64,000 bases of DNA from a candidate division WOR-3 bacterium (GTDB lineage: Bacteria; Hydrothermota; Hydrothermia; JBDRYB01): the NCBI GenBank assembly GCA_039803205.1, contig JBDRYB010000008.1, positions 1-64,000 of the forward strand. Direction: 5' to 3'. The notes below the pieces were generated by a model. It was not told where the DNA came from and made no database searches. It saw nothing but the letters and a program-made list of their open reading frames with translations. The position numbers were made by a program, and so were the translations under genes. Numbering within the stretch: position 1 is the first letter of the stretch; each line of letters starts with the position of its first letter. Below, piece by piece: positions 10,578 to 20,268 of the stretch.

Positions 10578-11508
10578 GGATTCCCTCCTCGGTTATGTAG
10601 GCACTCACGAGCTCACGAGGAGTTATATCAAAAGCATAATTAAGGGCATGGGCTTCATGGGGGGTGACCCTGACTCCCCTGAACGAGAGGACTTCTTCCT
10701 CCGGCCTCTCTTCTATGGGTATGCAAGAGCCGTCTGGCAGATCCGGATCGAAACTCGTGCTCGGCGCCGCGACATAGAAAGGTATTCCGAAATGCCTCGC
10801 GGATATCGCGAGGGCAAGAGTTCCAACCTTGTTCGCGAAATCGCCGTTTCTCGCAACCCTATCAGCACCAACTATGACCGCGTCAACCTCCCCTTTTGAC
10901 ATCAGGAAGGATGCGAGGCTATCAACGATCAGGGTGTGGGGAACCCCAACCCTGCCCAGCTCCCAGCATGTCAGACGGGCGCCCTGAAGCCATGGCCTTG
11001 TTTCATCAACCCAGACCATCCGGACCCTTCCCAGCCTCCACGATTCGTATATCACCCCCAGAGCTGTTCCGAGGCCTCCGGTGGCCAGGGCACCGGTGTT
11101 GCAGTGCGTTAGAACCGCAGAGCCTTGCTTTATGAGGCTCGCGCCATGCTTCGCTATCATGAGGCAACGAGCCTTTTCCTCCTCGTGTATGGTAATGGCC
11201 TCCCTGATGGGATCCGCTGAGCCATAAACCCTTTCTATTGCCTTGAAGAGGTTGACGGCCGTGGGCCTTGAATTCGCCAAGGCATTTTTGGCAGAAGCGG
11301 GATCCTCTCCTCTCAGGAAAGCCAGAGCCATTCCATATCCTCCCGCGATTCCGATCAGAGGCGCGCCTCTGACCGCCATTTCCCTTATCCCCTCCGCGAC
11401 ATCAGCGGGGGTCCTGGCCTCCATGTATCTCTCCTCGCCAGGCAGAGCTCTCTGATCGAGTATTTTTATGGAATCTCCTGTCCAGGCTATCGGCTCAGGC
11501 AGGTTCAC
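10567..11508 (-). CDS. mtnA: S-methyl-5-thioribose-1-phosphate isomerase
   Basis: LDQR, VRGAPLIG, SRPTAVNL, THCNTG, ETRPWLQG, GADR, NKVGT; GTG 11508 lies 6 nt from a TATAAT. Confidence 0.92.
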   Translation of the reverse strand: MNLPEPIAWTGDSIKILDQRALPGEERYMEARTPADVAEGIREMAVRGAPLIGIAGGYGMALAFLRGEDPASAKNALANSRPTAVNLFKAIERVYGSADPIREAITIHEEEKARCLMIAKHGASLIKQGSAVLTHCNTGALATGGLGTALGVIYESWRLGRVRMVWVDETRPWLQGARLTCWELGRVGVPHTLIVDSLASFLMSKGEVDAVIVGADRVARNGDFANKVGTLALAISARHFGIPFYVAAPSTSFDPDLPDGSCIPIEERPEEEVLSFRGVRVTPHEAHALNYAFDITPRELVSAYITEEGIREA

Positions 11509-11591
11509 ACGAAGATTATAATGGATTCTAATACGAGCAATCAGCATGGCGGAGTTTGCATCCGGAGCGCTGATGGCTTAATAATTATACC

Positions 11592-12665
11592 GTGCCAAGG
11601 ACCGGTAAGGCGGACCTACCCCTCCACCCTGGAAAGGCTCCGAGGTGGCTTTTTTCCCGAATGAAAAGGCTTTCGGGTGCCATAATTGAGGCGATAGTCT
11701 CGGAATTCGGCACAGCCGAGCTCCTGAGGAGATTGTCCGACCCGTATTGGTTCCAATCCCTTGGGTGTCTTCTTGGGTTTGACTGGCACTCGTCTGGCCT
11801 AACGACTACGCTCACCGGAGCCATAAAGCTTGCCCTCTCAGGAGGCCTTGACCGGGAGCTCGGGTTCTTCGCGGCTGGAGGAAAAGGGTCCGCGTCCCGG
11901 AGGACCCCTCTGGAAATTAAGATGATATGCGATTTAACCGGCGCTGATCCCGCTCCCCTTATCTACTCATCTCGCATGAGCGCGAAGGTTGATTCTGCCG
12001 CTCTACAGGATGGATACCAGCTCTATCACCACGCTTTTTTCTTTGACGCCGGAGGCTCCTGGTGCGTGATCCAGCAGGGGATGAACGAGAAGACCCGATA
12101 CGCCAGGCGATACCATTGGCTCTCGGAGAAGATCAGGGATTTCGTGGAGGAACCGCATGCCGCGATCGCATCGGAGCGAACCGGGTTTGCTTTGGACATG
12201 ACCGCAAGGGAATCGGGCCCAGCGAGGCACGCATCGGCCATCCTTGCCGCTAGGGAGCCGGACGCGAACGCGCGCGATCTCATCCGCATGCGTGAGCTGA
12301 ACCTTCCCAGGGAGCACAGGGTTCTGATTAGCTCAATCAACCCGCTTTACATAAGGAAGACCCTCGTTTCGCTCTATGAGAACCCACCTCGGGATTTTGA
12401 GGCCCTCTTGAGCCAGGAGGGGGTCGGCCCCAAAACCATAAGGGCCCTAGCTTTGCTCTCGGATGTGATTTACGGCGCTAGGCCATCGTTCCACGACCCC
12501 ATGGTTTATTCCTTCGCTCATGGCGGCAAAGACGGCCATCCCTATCCCGTGAACCGGGAGGTCTACGACAGGACAATAGCCATCCTTGAGAGGGCAATAA
12601 GAAAGGCGCGGCTTGGTCAACGGGAGGAAACAGAGGCGCTGAGAAGGCTAAGCAGGTATTTTTGA
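11592..12665 (+). CDS. DUF763 family protein
   Basis: ADLPLHPGKAP, GFDWHSSGLTT, AKVDSAALQDGY, HhH-like GVGPKT, FAHGGKDGHPYPV. Confidence 0.85.
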   Translation: MPRTGKADLPLHPGKAPRWLFSRMKRLSGAIIEAIVSEFGTAELLRRLSDPYWFQSLGCLLGFDWHSSGLTTTLTGAIKLALSGGLDRELGFFAAGGKGSASRRTPLEIKMICDLTGADPAPLIYSSRMSAKVDSAALQDGYQLYHHAFFFDAGGSWCVIQQGMNEKTRYARRYHWLSEKIRDFVEEPHAAIASERTGFALDMTARESGPARHASAILAAREPDANARDLIRMRELNLPREHRVLISSINPLYIRKTLVSLYENPPRDFEALLSQEGVGPKTIRALALLSDVIYGARPSFHDPMVYSFAHGGKDGHPYPVNREVYDRTIAILERAIRKARLGQREETEALRRLSRYF

Positions 12666-12717
12666 TCCCTTTAGTGCGCTTGAAATCTGCCGGGCCTTGT
12701 GTCATAATTTGGCCCTT

Positions 12718-13434
12718 ATGAAAAGGTTTGCCCTTGCAATTGTGTTGGCGTTTCTCCTCGTCTCCTGCGAGGAGACCATAGAGAAGATACCGAGGACAAC
12801 CGTGGTTGTCTCGGTTGGCTCTGCAGGCCCCGCGCTGAACGCGCTCCTGCAACTTCTTCCCAGCGGGCTTCAGATCAATCCCCCTGCTGACTGGGATACC
12901 CTCAGCCTTGAAACAGCCATGGCGGGAGTTCTGGTTGATGGGGTGCCTTGTGATTCGGCAACAGTGAATGTAGCCGGAACCGTCCTGCCGTATGACTCAA
13001 CGACCGGACTCTATGCGCCCATAGACACGAATGGATTGCCCATCTTCCTGCAACTAGGCGCTGGCGACCCCATAACCGTCTATTCACCGCACGACACGGT
13101 GACTGGCGTTGTCCCGGAATGCCCGGATATCGTGAGCCTTTCTGTTCCGGATTCCCATCAGGTCAATACTGCCATGAATGTCAGCTGGTCATACAGCGCG
13201 GGGAATCCGGACTCCGTGATGATCACCTTCAAGATACACGGTAGGAACACCTACACCAAGATAATAGGCGGACAGAACACATCCTATGTGATACCCTCGG
13301 ATGTGATAGATACGACGGGCCTGGCTTCGGTCTCCGTATCCTCCCTGGTCATAGAAACGGATCTTGCTGGTGCGACCCCTGGCAGTTTCATCATCTACAA
13401 CAAATCCGACTTCTCCCCAGTTGTGATATACTAG
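12718..13434 (+). CDS. Lipoprotein (beta-sandwich, DUF4249-like)
   Basis: Lipobox LLVSC after MKRF; beta-rich sequence. Confidence 0.7.
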   Translation: MKRFALAIVLAFLLVSCEETIEKIPRTTVVVSVGSAGPALNALLQLLPSGLQINPPADWDTLSLETAMAGVLVDGVPCDSATVNVAGTVLPYDSTTGLYAPIDTNGLPIFLQLGAGDPITVYSPHDTVTGVVPECPDIVSLSVPDSHQVNTAMNVSWSYSAGNPDSVMITFKIHGRNTYTKIIGGQNTSYVIPSDVIDTTGLASVSVSSLVIETDLAGATPGSFIIYNKSDFSPVVIY

Positions 13435-13458
13435 CTCCTGATTTCTAAGAAAAGCCAA

Positions 13459-14883
13459 ATGAGAGAGGATGATGGCCCTGTAATAGGCCTTGAGATACAC
13501 ATCCAGCTTGGCACCAGAACCAAGCTGTTTTGTTCGTGTCCAATTGACCCATCCGCGGAGCCAAACACATTGACATGCCCGGTCTGCCTCGGCCATCCAG
13601 GTTCTCTGCCGGTCCTGAACCGAGAAGCCGTGAAGGCAGGGGTAATGTTGGGCATTGCCCTGGGCGCTGAAATAAGGCGAAGAACCGTATTCTACAGAAA
13701 AAACTATTTTTACCCTGATCTAGCGAAGGGCTATCAGATAACCCAACACATCTCCCAGATAGCGTTTGGGGGTGAGGTGAAGTTTCAGAGCAATAGGGAG
13801 AGGAGCGTCCGGATAACCGGGATAGCCATAGAGGAGGAGGCCGCTAAGACTGTGTATACCGAGGACGGGTTCGCTCTCCTTGACTTCAACAGGTCAGGCA
13901 TCCCTCTACTTGAGGTGGTCACTGAGCCTGACCTGCGGAGCGCTTCCGAGGCTAGGGGGTTTCTTGAGGCTCTGAGGCTCATTGTCCGTTATCTGGGAAT
14001 ATCCGAGGGGGATATGGAGCGCGGGCACCTCCGAGTTGATACGAATGTCTCCTATGTGCTTGATGGGGTTCAGGGCAATCGGGTTGAGATAAAGAACATA
14101 AACACATTCAAGGCGGTTGAGGATGCCATAAATTACGAATCCGAGAGGCAGAAGAACCTCCTTTTGGCAGGTAGGCCGGTTCCCAAAGAAACAAGGGCCT
14201 GGGACGAACACATCGGGGAGACCCTCCCCATGAGGATGAAGGAGGAGGCCTCGGACTACAGGTTCTTCCCTGAGCCGGATCTCCTTCATTTGGTTGTTGA
14301 TGATGCTTTATATGAGGAGGCCGCTGAGGCGGTTCCGGAGCTGCCGGAAGCCCGGCTTCGGAGGTATGTTCAGGATTATGGGCTTGCCGAACAGACAGCG
14401 AGAGCCCTCATCTCCTCAAGGGAGCTCTCGGACTACTTTGACCGGGTCGCCTCATTGGTGAAGGACAAAAGGAGAGCGGGGAATTTTATCGCCGTTGATC
14501 TCGTTGGGATCATGAGGATGAGGGGAGAATCGGCAGAAGGTTTATCCGTGAAACCTGAGAGCCTATCGGAGCTCCTCCTAGCGGTTGAGGACGGAAGCCT
14601 TCCCCTCTCAGGGGCAAAGATCGCGCTCGTCAAGGCTTTAGAAACAGGGAAGCCGCCGGTTGAGGTTGCAAAAGAGGAAGGCCTGTTTTCCGTTTCCGCT
14701 GATGAGGAGCTCTTGGCTTGGATCGAGGAGGTGATAACCTCTCATCCAGATGAGGTTGATAGGTTCCGGAAGGGCAAGGAGGGGGTTCTTGGCTTTCTCG
14801 TTGGCCAAGTCATGAAGCGATCCGGCGGAAGGGCTGATCCGAGAAGGGTTAGGGAGATGATGGAAAAGAGGATCAGGGGATAG
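13459..14883 (+). CDS. gatB: Asp/Glu-tRNA amidotransferase subunit B
   Basis: IGLEIH, TKLFC, RKNYFYPDL, DFNRSGIPLLE, VEIKN, DYRFFPEPDL, GFLVGQVMK. Confidence 0.95.
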   Translation: MREDDGPVIGLEIHIQLGTRTKLFCSCPIDPSAEPNTLTCPVCLGHPGSLPVLNREAVKAGVMLGIALGAEIRRRTVFYRKNYFYPDLAKGYQITQHISQIAFGGEVKFQSNRERSVRITGIAIEEEAAKTVYTEDGFALLDFNRSGIPLLEVVTEPDLRSASEARGFLEALRLIVRYLGISEGDMERGHLRVDTNVSYVLDGVQGNRVEIKNINTFKAVEDAINYESERQKNLLLAGRPVPKETRAWDEHIGETLPMRMKEEASDYRFFPEPDLLHLVVDDALYEEAAEAVPELPEARLRRYVQDYGLAEQTARALISSRELSDYFDRVASLVKDKRRAGNFIAVDLVGIMRMRGESAEGLSVKPESLSELLLAVEDGSLPLSGAKIALVKALETGKPPVEVAKEEGLFSVSADEELLAWIEEVITSHPDEVDRFRKGKEGVLGFLVGQVMKRSGGRADPRRVREMMEKRIRG

Positions 14884-14911
14884 GCAGAAGCCCATTCGTC
14901 ACAGAAATCCC

Positions 14912-14937
14912 CAATAACCCATTGGCTCAGCCCCTAC
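14912..14937 (-). repeat. Degenerate GTAG-type REP-like element
   Basis: Minus strand GTAGGGGCTGAGCC..., between convergent genes; stem is poor. Confidence 0.3.
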
Positions 14938-14956
14938 CTTTAACCCAATCGGACTG

Positions 14957-17900
14957 CTAGTATTCCAACAGGGTTCTGTAATAAGCCTTTATGAGCTTCT
15001 GCATCTCAGGCGGGTATCGCCAAAACTCTTCCTGCCTAGCGGCTTCTAGGAGGGACTTTCTTATCTCTTCCTTGGCTATGGGAGGCGGCGGAACCGGAGT
15101 ATAAGGCCTCGCGGTCTCGGATTCCCTCTTTGGATTGTAGTCCTGCTTTCTGATGGATTCCTGCGCCTCAAGGAGACGGGTGTAGATGTTCTGCTGTTTC
15201 TTCAATAATTCCTCGTCCAGACTCTTCTGCCTCATCAGGTCCTCAACCTCCTTCATCTCCTCCTTCGCTCCCTCAAGGGCCCTCTCAAGGCCCGTGGCCT
15301 CGGGGCTGTTCTGGATGGCCTTCTCAAGGGCCTCCAACTGCCTCCGAAGGGCCTCCTGCTCAGCCGCAAGAGCGAGTAGTCTCTGGCCGGCGAGATCCGG
15401 GGTGATCCCTCCCTGTTGGAGCATTTGAAGGAGGCTCTGGGTCTGCGCGTTGAGCTCAGCCTGCGCCTTCGCCATCTCAGCGAGGCGCTTCATGGCCTCT
15501 GCCATCCCAGTCGAGCTACCAGCGCACTGGCACTCCTGTTGTGCCTCAAAAAGAGCAAGCGCGGCCAGGTTCAGCTCCGCCATTGCCTCATCGGGGTTGA
15601 CCCTCTGGCCCTCAGATAGAAACTCAAAAAGCCTCTCGGCCGAAAGAAGGTAAGCGTATATCCTGGGAGGGATGAGCGCGGTCTTCTTCGCTATCTCGTC
15701 AAGTCTGGACCTGAGGGCCCGGACCGCATCGGCGAAAACCCTTGCCCTCACCATGAGCTCTTTGGGATCCTTTATATCATGCATATCGGGAACCTGAGCC
15801 GCGGTGAATATGACCTCCTGCCTCAACCCGGATATCGCTCTTAGGAGCTCCTCCTTTCTCCTGCCCGTTAATGAGCATGACATTGAACCGAGCGAGGAAG
15901 CGGCCCTTCTGAGGGCTTGAGCCGATGCTTCTTGGCTCTTCGTGGCTTTTGTCTTGTTTCCGCTTGAGAGCTGAGCAGTCGCCTCCTGGGACTCTTCCAA
16001 TGCCTCTGAGAGCTCCTGTTCGGATAGCTCTTCAAGAGCCTTGCCCTCGTCTTCTCCGGACTCCTCCAGCTCCTTCCCAAGATCCATAGCCCTCTCCTTC
16101 AGGTTTCCTATCTGCTCCGAAAGTTCCTGCTGTTTCCGAGCCAGCTCCGCAGAGGGACCCCTTGCCTCAGCCTCTTTTTGTAGAGCCTCCTGCTCTGCCG
16201 CGAGCCTCTCTGCCTCAGCGGCCAGTTCCTGCAGTCGCATTTCCTGAGCGTAGCGCTTTAGGAGCTCCTCTGTTCTTTCAAGGCGCTTTTTCAGTTCCTC
16301 TTGGTTCAGCTTGAGGTTCTTCATGGCCTCCTCTACGGCCTTTTTATCCATTTTCTCTATGGCTCTCTGCAGTTCCTCAATAGCCCTCATCAGCTCCTCG
16401 TTCATCACCTCGGCCATGAGCTTCTGGACCTCAAAAAACTTCTCTAGGAGCTCAGGGTCACAGCTCGGCAACTGAGAAAGCTCCTGGAACTGGGCCCGTG
16501 TCTCCTCAGCTGACATCGCTACCCTTTCCGCCAGTTCCTGGGCCTCTGATAGGGCACGGGCTATTCTCTCTCGCTCCTCCCAGCTCAGGTCCCGCGAGGA
16601 CTTCAATATGTCCTCTATCTCCTGCATCTTCTTAGAAAGGGCCTCGGCTTGAGACTTGAGGTCGCCGGCCCTCTCAGAGGCCCCTGCGGCTGCATCCGCT
16701 GAAAGCCCGAATATCTCCTCCATGGATGGGAACCTCACCCTTATGGAAGCCGAAAGGCTCTTTTGACCCCTGATGTCCGTGGCCTCTGCCCATATGAGCG
16801 CCTCGTCCCCAGGGGACATCTCCATGCCTCTGAATGAGGCAACGGTCTGGCCAGCCGCGTCGGAGACGCCGGGCTTAAGTGGGATATCACCAGAACCCCG
16901 TTTTCCCCTGAACTCCCAATTGACAGAGAGGGAACGCAGGCCAATATCGTCCTCGGCCTGCGCGAGAACCATAACGCGCTCATCGTCCGGAAGATAGACA
17001 TCTCCTTGAGGTTGGGCTATCCTCACGGTCGGGGGATTGTCCGGAATTACGCTTATCTCAAGCCTCCGAGGGCTTTTCGTCCACAGGGGGCCCTTTCTCA
17101 GGCATATCTCAAGTATGCCATCCTCCTCAAGCTCAAGTATGGGATCCGAGAGAGCCCGCCCGTTCCAAACAAGCAAAGCTGAATCTCCGGTATGATCCAG
17201 GTAGATCCGAACCGTTCCGCCCTGATGGCCGGTTATGGAAACTGGGTTGTTCATCTCCGCCTCGCGGCCGCCCATGATAGCTGGCTCCCTCAGCAAGACC
17301 TTGATACCCCTCAGATAAGGCCTTTCAACCGAAATGAGGGTCTTTTCGGAAAGGGTATCCTTACCCCTCACCAGGAAGGCCTTGTATGAGCCAGCAGAGA
17401 GCCTGCCCGTCTCCAGCTTGGGTTGGGCAGGGAATTCCTTCGTTTCCTGACCGGAAAGGATGACCCTGGCTCCTTCTGTCCTTCCAATGACTGAAAGCCT
17501 CGTTCCCTGATCGGAGAAGAAAGTGGTCCTCTCCGGAAGGAGGAATCCCACAGATCCCTCTTTTCCCATGAAGTCTTGGGGGGAAAGCCCAAGCCTGAGA
17601 CAGAATAGGTTTGCGGATACGAGAAAAACAGAGAGCACGCGACGCTTTATCTTGAAGGCCCTTGCCGCCGATGGCCTCGCGGAAGTTATTCTCTCAGAGA
17701 GCCTTTCTAGCAACTCATCGCTTACCCTTCCCCTGAGCTCAACCCAAGAGACGAGGTATTCACCCATCTGAGGGTTTGCCCTCTCAAGCGCCCAAGCCAG
17801 GGCTTTATCCGACATGGTCCGGTAAAGCCTGATGATGAGCCAGGTCAATCCAACGGGCAGAGATACCGAGAGCCAGATGGGGTTTCTCCAAGGGAACAGA

Positions 17901-17992
17901 GCTGCGAAAATGAGAACCGCTGAGACTATTACGAGAATTACCTCCGCGAGACAAACCGCCAAGGCAAAAAGCCTTGCCCTCATCAGGATCAT
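14957..17992 (-). CDS. DUF4175-like large membrane-anchored coiled-coil protein
   Basis: N-terminal TMs, DNPPTV and AEDDIGL Ig-like motifs, long E/Q/K coiled coils, C-terminal YPPEMQKLIKAYY. Confidence 0.75.
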   Translation of the reverse strand: MILMRARLFALAVCLAEVILVIVSAVLIFAALFPWRNPIWLSVSLPVGLTWLIIRLYRTMSDKALAWALERANPQMGEYLVSWVELRGRVSDELLERLSERITSARPSAARAFKIKRRVLSVFLVSANLFCLRLGLSPQDFMGKEGSVGFLLPERTTFFSDQGTRLSVIGRTEGARVILSGQETKEFPAQPKLETGRLSAGSYKAFLVRGKDTLSEKTLISVERPYLRGIKVLLREPAIMGGREAEMNNPVSITGHQGGTVRIYLDHTGDSALLVWNGRALSDPILELEEDGILEICLRKGPLWTKSPRRLEISVIPDNPPTVRIAQPQGDVYLPDDERVMVLAQAEDDIGLRSLSVNWEFRGKRGSGDIPLKPGVSDAAGQTVASFRGMEMSPGDEALIWAEATDIRGQKSLSASIRVRFPSMEEIFGLSADAAAGASERAGDLKSQAEALSKKMQEIEDILKSSRDLSWEERERIARALSEAQELAERVAMSAEETRAQFQELSQLPSCDPELLEKFFEVQKLMAEVMNEELMRAIEELQRAIEKMDKKAVEEAMKNLKLNQEELKKRLERTEELLKRYAQEMRLQELAAEAERLAAEQEALQKEAEARGPSAELARKQQELSEQIGNLKERAMDLGKELEESGEDEGKALEELSEQELSEALEESQEATAQLSSGNKTKATKSQEASAQALRRAASSLGSMSCSLTGRRKEELLRAISGLRQEVIFTAAQVPDMHDIKDPKELMVRARVFADAVRALRSRLDEIAKKTALIPPRIYAYLLSAERLFEFLSEGQRVNPDEAMAELNLAALALFEAQQECQCAGSSTGMAEAMKRLAEMAKAQAELNAQTQSLLQMLQQGGITPDLAGQRLLALAAEQEALRRQLEALEKAIQNSPEATGLERALEGAKEEMKEVEDLMRQKSLDEELLKKQQNIYTRLLEAQESIRKQDYNPKRESETARPYTPVPPPPIAKEEIRKSLLEAARQEEFWRYPPEMQKLIKAYYRTLLEY

Positions 17993-18501
17993 GGGGCTAT
18001 CTCCGCTTCAGGAAAAACTTCCCCGAAAACCGAGAGGGCCGTATCATCAATGAGCACTATCCTGACCTCTTCTGGCCCAGCAGGCTCCCCGGCGAACGAA
18101 AGTATCTCCTCACGCATGATCCTCGCGGCCTCGCGGAGGGGAAAGCCTCCAACCCCCGTGCCCATGGCAGGGAAGGCTATGCTCCTTATTCCCAATTCGC
18201 GCGCCCTGGCCATCGCGTTCCTTACTGCTAATCTGATCTTCCGCTCGTCCGTTTTGAAGTCAAGGCCCATCGTGGCCGCGTGAATTACATATCTCGCTGG
18301 CAGTTTGCCGGCTGTGGTTATCCAGGCCTCTCCAATAACCCCAGGGGTTCCAGCTATTGCCTCCTCCTCAATCTCTCGGCCTCCAGCCCTCTTTATTGCG
18401 CCGGCAACCCCAGCCCCCATGAACCCAGAGGTGTTCGCTGGGTTCACTATTGCGTCCGCATCCTCTTGGGTTATATCACCTTTCTTTATCAGAACCTTCA
18501 C
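17989..18501 (-). CDS. Macro domain ADP-ribose-binding protein (YmdB-like)
   Basis: GDIT, AIVNPAN, GAGVAGAI, VIHAA, FPAMGTGVGG; GTG start chosen at 18501. Confidence 0.9.
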   Translation of the reverse strand: MKVLIKKGDITQEDADAIVNPANTSGFMGAGVAGAIKRAGGREIEEEAIAGTPGVIGEAWITTAGKLPARYVIHAATMGLDFKTDERKIRLAVRNAMARARELGIRSIAFPAMGTGVGGFPLREAARIMREEILSFAGEPAGPEEVRIVLIDDTALSVFGEVFPEAEIAP

Positions 18502-18667
18502 CCTTCTCCTCCTCAATTCTTGCCCTCCCTAGCTTCACTCTCTTCCCTATGAGCTCTATGTAGAAGCCACAGGAAGGGTTTGAGCACACCCACGCTGAGG
18601 CCTCCTCGGTCTCAAGGGGAAGCAGTTCCCCCCTCTCGCACAGCTTGCACTTCGGATATTCTGTCAT
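18476..18667 (-). CDS. Small zinc-ribbon protein
   Basis: CKLC...WVCSNPSC; AAGGAG RBS; fills the gap in the operon. Confidence 0.65.
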   Translation of the reverse strand: MTEYPKCKLCERGELLPLETEEASAWVCSNPSCGFYIELIGKRVKLGRARIEEEKGEGSDKER

Positions 18668-18679
18668 GGCCTTTCTCCT

Positions 18680-19606
18680 TTATTGAACATATATCCTTGC
18701 TATCTTCATCACTCCTGTGAGCATGAATCCGGACGCCCCGAGGCCAGAGAAGCTCTTCTTGTCAAATGCCGAAACGGCAACGGTTCCAAGGGGAGGCGCA
18801 ACAAAGCTTCCGGGCACTATACCGGTATCCGGATCGAGAAGGTTCTCGGTGTAGAAAGAATAAACAGGTTCGTAACCAAGGACATCATGGGAATTATAAT
18901 ACGCCAGCTCCTTTGCCATGGGAGGCTTGCTGATGCTCCAACGAGCCATTATGTCCGTATAGGCCGATACCGAATCGCCATCCTCGGGTTGGGTTATGTA
19001 AACCCCGTATGCGGGCATGCGGACCGTGTCAACCCCGTATCTGCCGAGATACAGAACCTTTATCCTATATGTATTGCCCTCTTGGAGCGGTAGGCCAACT
19101 GCCCAGAGCGGGGACGCGCTCGTCATGGTGTCAAGAAGCGTATCGGTCCCACGGATCAGGTAAACATCTGCGCCAGGAAGGAATGGCCCGCCTGCGCTGT
19201 CCTGCCGGATCTCAAGCCTGAGCCAGCCTGTCCCCTCTGTCCTTATGAGCCTGCCTGAGATGAATATGTCGTGGGAACCAAGGGGCTCCTTGACGACGAC
19301 AAACGCGGAGTCCTTTATGCTTTCGTATGAGGCCCTCAGGTAGGCATAGCCAGGGTTCCAGGCCTCAACCGCGCCGGATGAGTCCACTGTTATCACAAGA
19401 GTATCCGAGACCTCCCAATTTACCACAGCGCCCGGTATCGGGTCTCCATACTGGTCAATGACCGTGGCCTTGAAATGAGCGCCCTCGCCGGGGCTAAGGG
19501 TATCCGTCTTTGGCTCTATCCTTATGTAAGTCGGCCTCGGCTCCTCTTTCTGGCAAGCTAGAACCGCCATGATGAAGAAGGCGAAAATCCCGGCTGTCTT
19601 CCTCAT
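18680..19606 (-). CDS. Lipoprotein with Big_2 Ig-like domain
   Basis: Lipobox VLAC; FKATVIDQYG...WEVSD...VDSSG Big_2 pattern. Confidence 0.75.
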   Translation of the reverse strand: MRKTAGIFAFFIMAVLACQKEEPRPTYIRIEPKTDTLSPGEGAHFKATVIDQYGDPIPGAVVNWEVSDTLVITVDSSGAVEAWNPGYAYLRASYESIKDSAFVVVKEPLGSHDIFISGRLIRTEGTGWLRLEIRQDSAGGPFLPGADVYLIRGTDTLLDTMTSASPLWAVGLPLQEGNTYRIKVLYLGRYGVDTVRMPAYGVYITQPEDGDSVSAYTDIMARWSISKPPMAKELAYYNSHDVLGYEPVYSFYTENLLDPDTGIVPGSFVAPPLGTVAVSAFDKKSFSGLGASGFMLTGVMKIARIYVQ

Positions 19607-19651
19607 GATAATATGATAAAGCGAGAGCGAGGGAAAGTTCAATTAGACAAA

Positions 19652-19688
19652 CAAAAAGCCCCAGGTTTGCACCCAGGGCTGTCCTTTG
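19652..19688 (-). terminator. Probable intrinsic terminator
   Basis: GC-rich imperfect stem followed by a U tract on the minus strand, just after the 19700 stop. Confidence 0.5.
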
Positions 19689-19699
19689 CTGTTTCCTGA

Positions 19700-20182
19700 T
19701 TACCTCGTTACCGCCACCTTCTCGGTTCTCAGATAATCCCCGGCCTCAAACCTCAGGATATAGACCCCTGATGATGGTGGATTCCAGGATAACCTGTGCG
19801 GCCCTGGCCCGAGCTTCCCTGAGACAATCTCCTTTACCCTTCTTCCGGAGGCATCGTAGGCTATTAGGGAGACATCCCTTTCACGGTCAAGGGAGAAGCT
19901 TATCTGAACCCTTCCCTTGGCAGGATTGGGATATGGAGGATAGAAGGCGAGAACCGGTTTATCCGGGGCCTTTTCCTCAAATCCTACATTACCTCCCCAG
20001 CCAGGGATGAAGAACCCTGACCACATGAGAAACCCTGATGAGGTTGAGTAAGCGTTTGGCGAGAGTCCAACCGCATCCCAGAGCAGGAAGCTCCCTGAGG
20101 TTGAGTAATCCCCGCCTCCGGTCGTCTGATCCTTGATGATCATGTAGTTCTGGGCAAGGAGGGCAATGATGATCGTTGCCAT
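19700..20182 (-). CDS. Small secreted protein: Gly/Ser-rich N-terminal motif plus T9SS-like CTD
   Basis: GGGDYSTSGSFLLWDAVG...MWSGF; CTD PYPNP...YDASGRRV...SSGVYILRF...KVAV. Confidence 0.8.
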   Translation of the reverse strand: MATIIIALLAQNYMIIKDQTTGGGDYSTSGSFLLWDAVGLSPNAYSTSSGFLMWSGFFIPGWGGNVGFEEKAPDKPVLAFYPPYPNPAKGRVQISFSLDRERDVSLIAYDASGRRVKEIVSGKLGPGPHRLSWNPPSSGVYILRFEAGDYLRTEKVAVTR

Positions 20183-20201
20183 GGGTTTATCCTCCGTTTA
20201 T

Positions 20202-20265
20202 TGGGCAGGCACGGGGGCCTGCCCCTATCCCGGATCCGGGTAGGACTGGGCCCTTGTGCCCCGTC
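20202..20265. repeat. Inverted pair of GTAG-type REP-like palindromes (REPIN-like)
   Basis: Minus strand ATAGGGGCAGGC-CCCCGT-GCCTGCCC back-to-back with plus strand GTAGGACTGGGC-CCTTGT-GCCCCGTC around CCCGGATCCGGG. Confidence 0.55.
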
Positions 20266-20268
20266 ATA

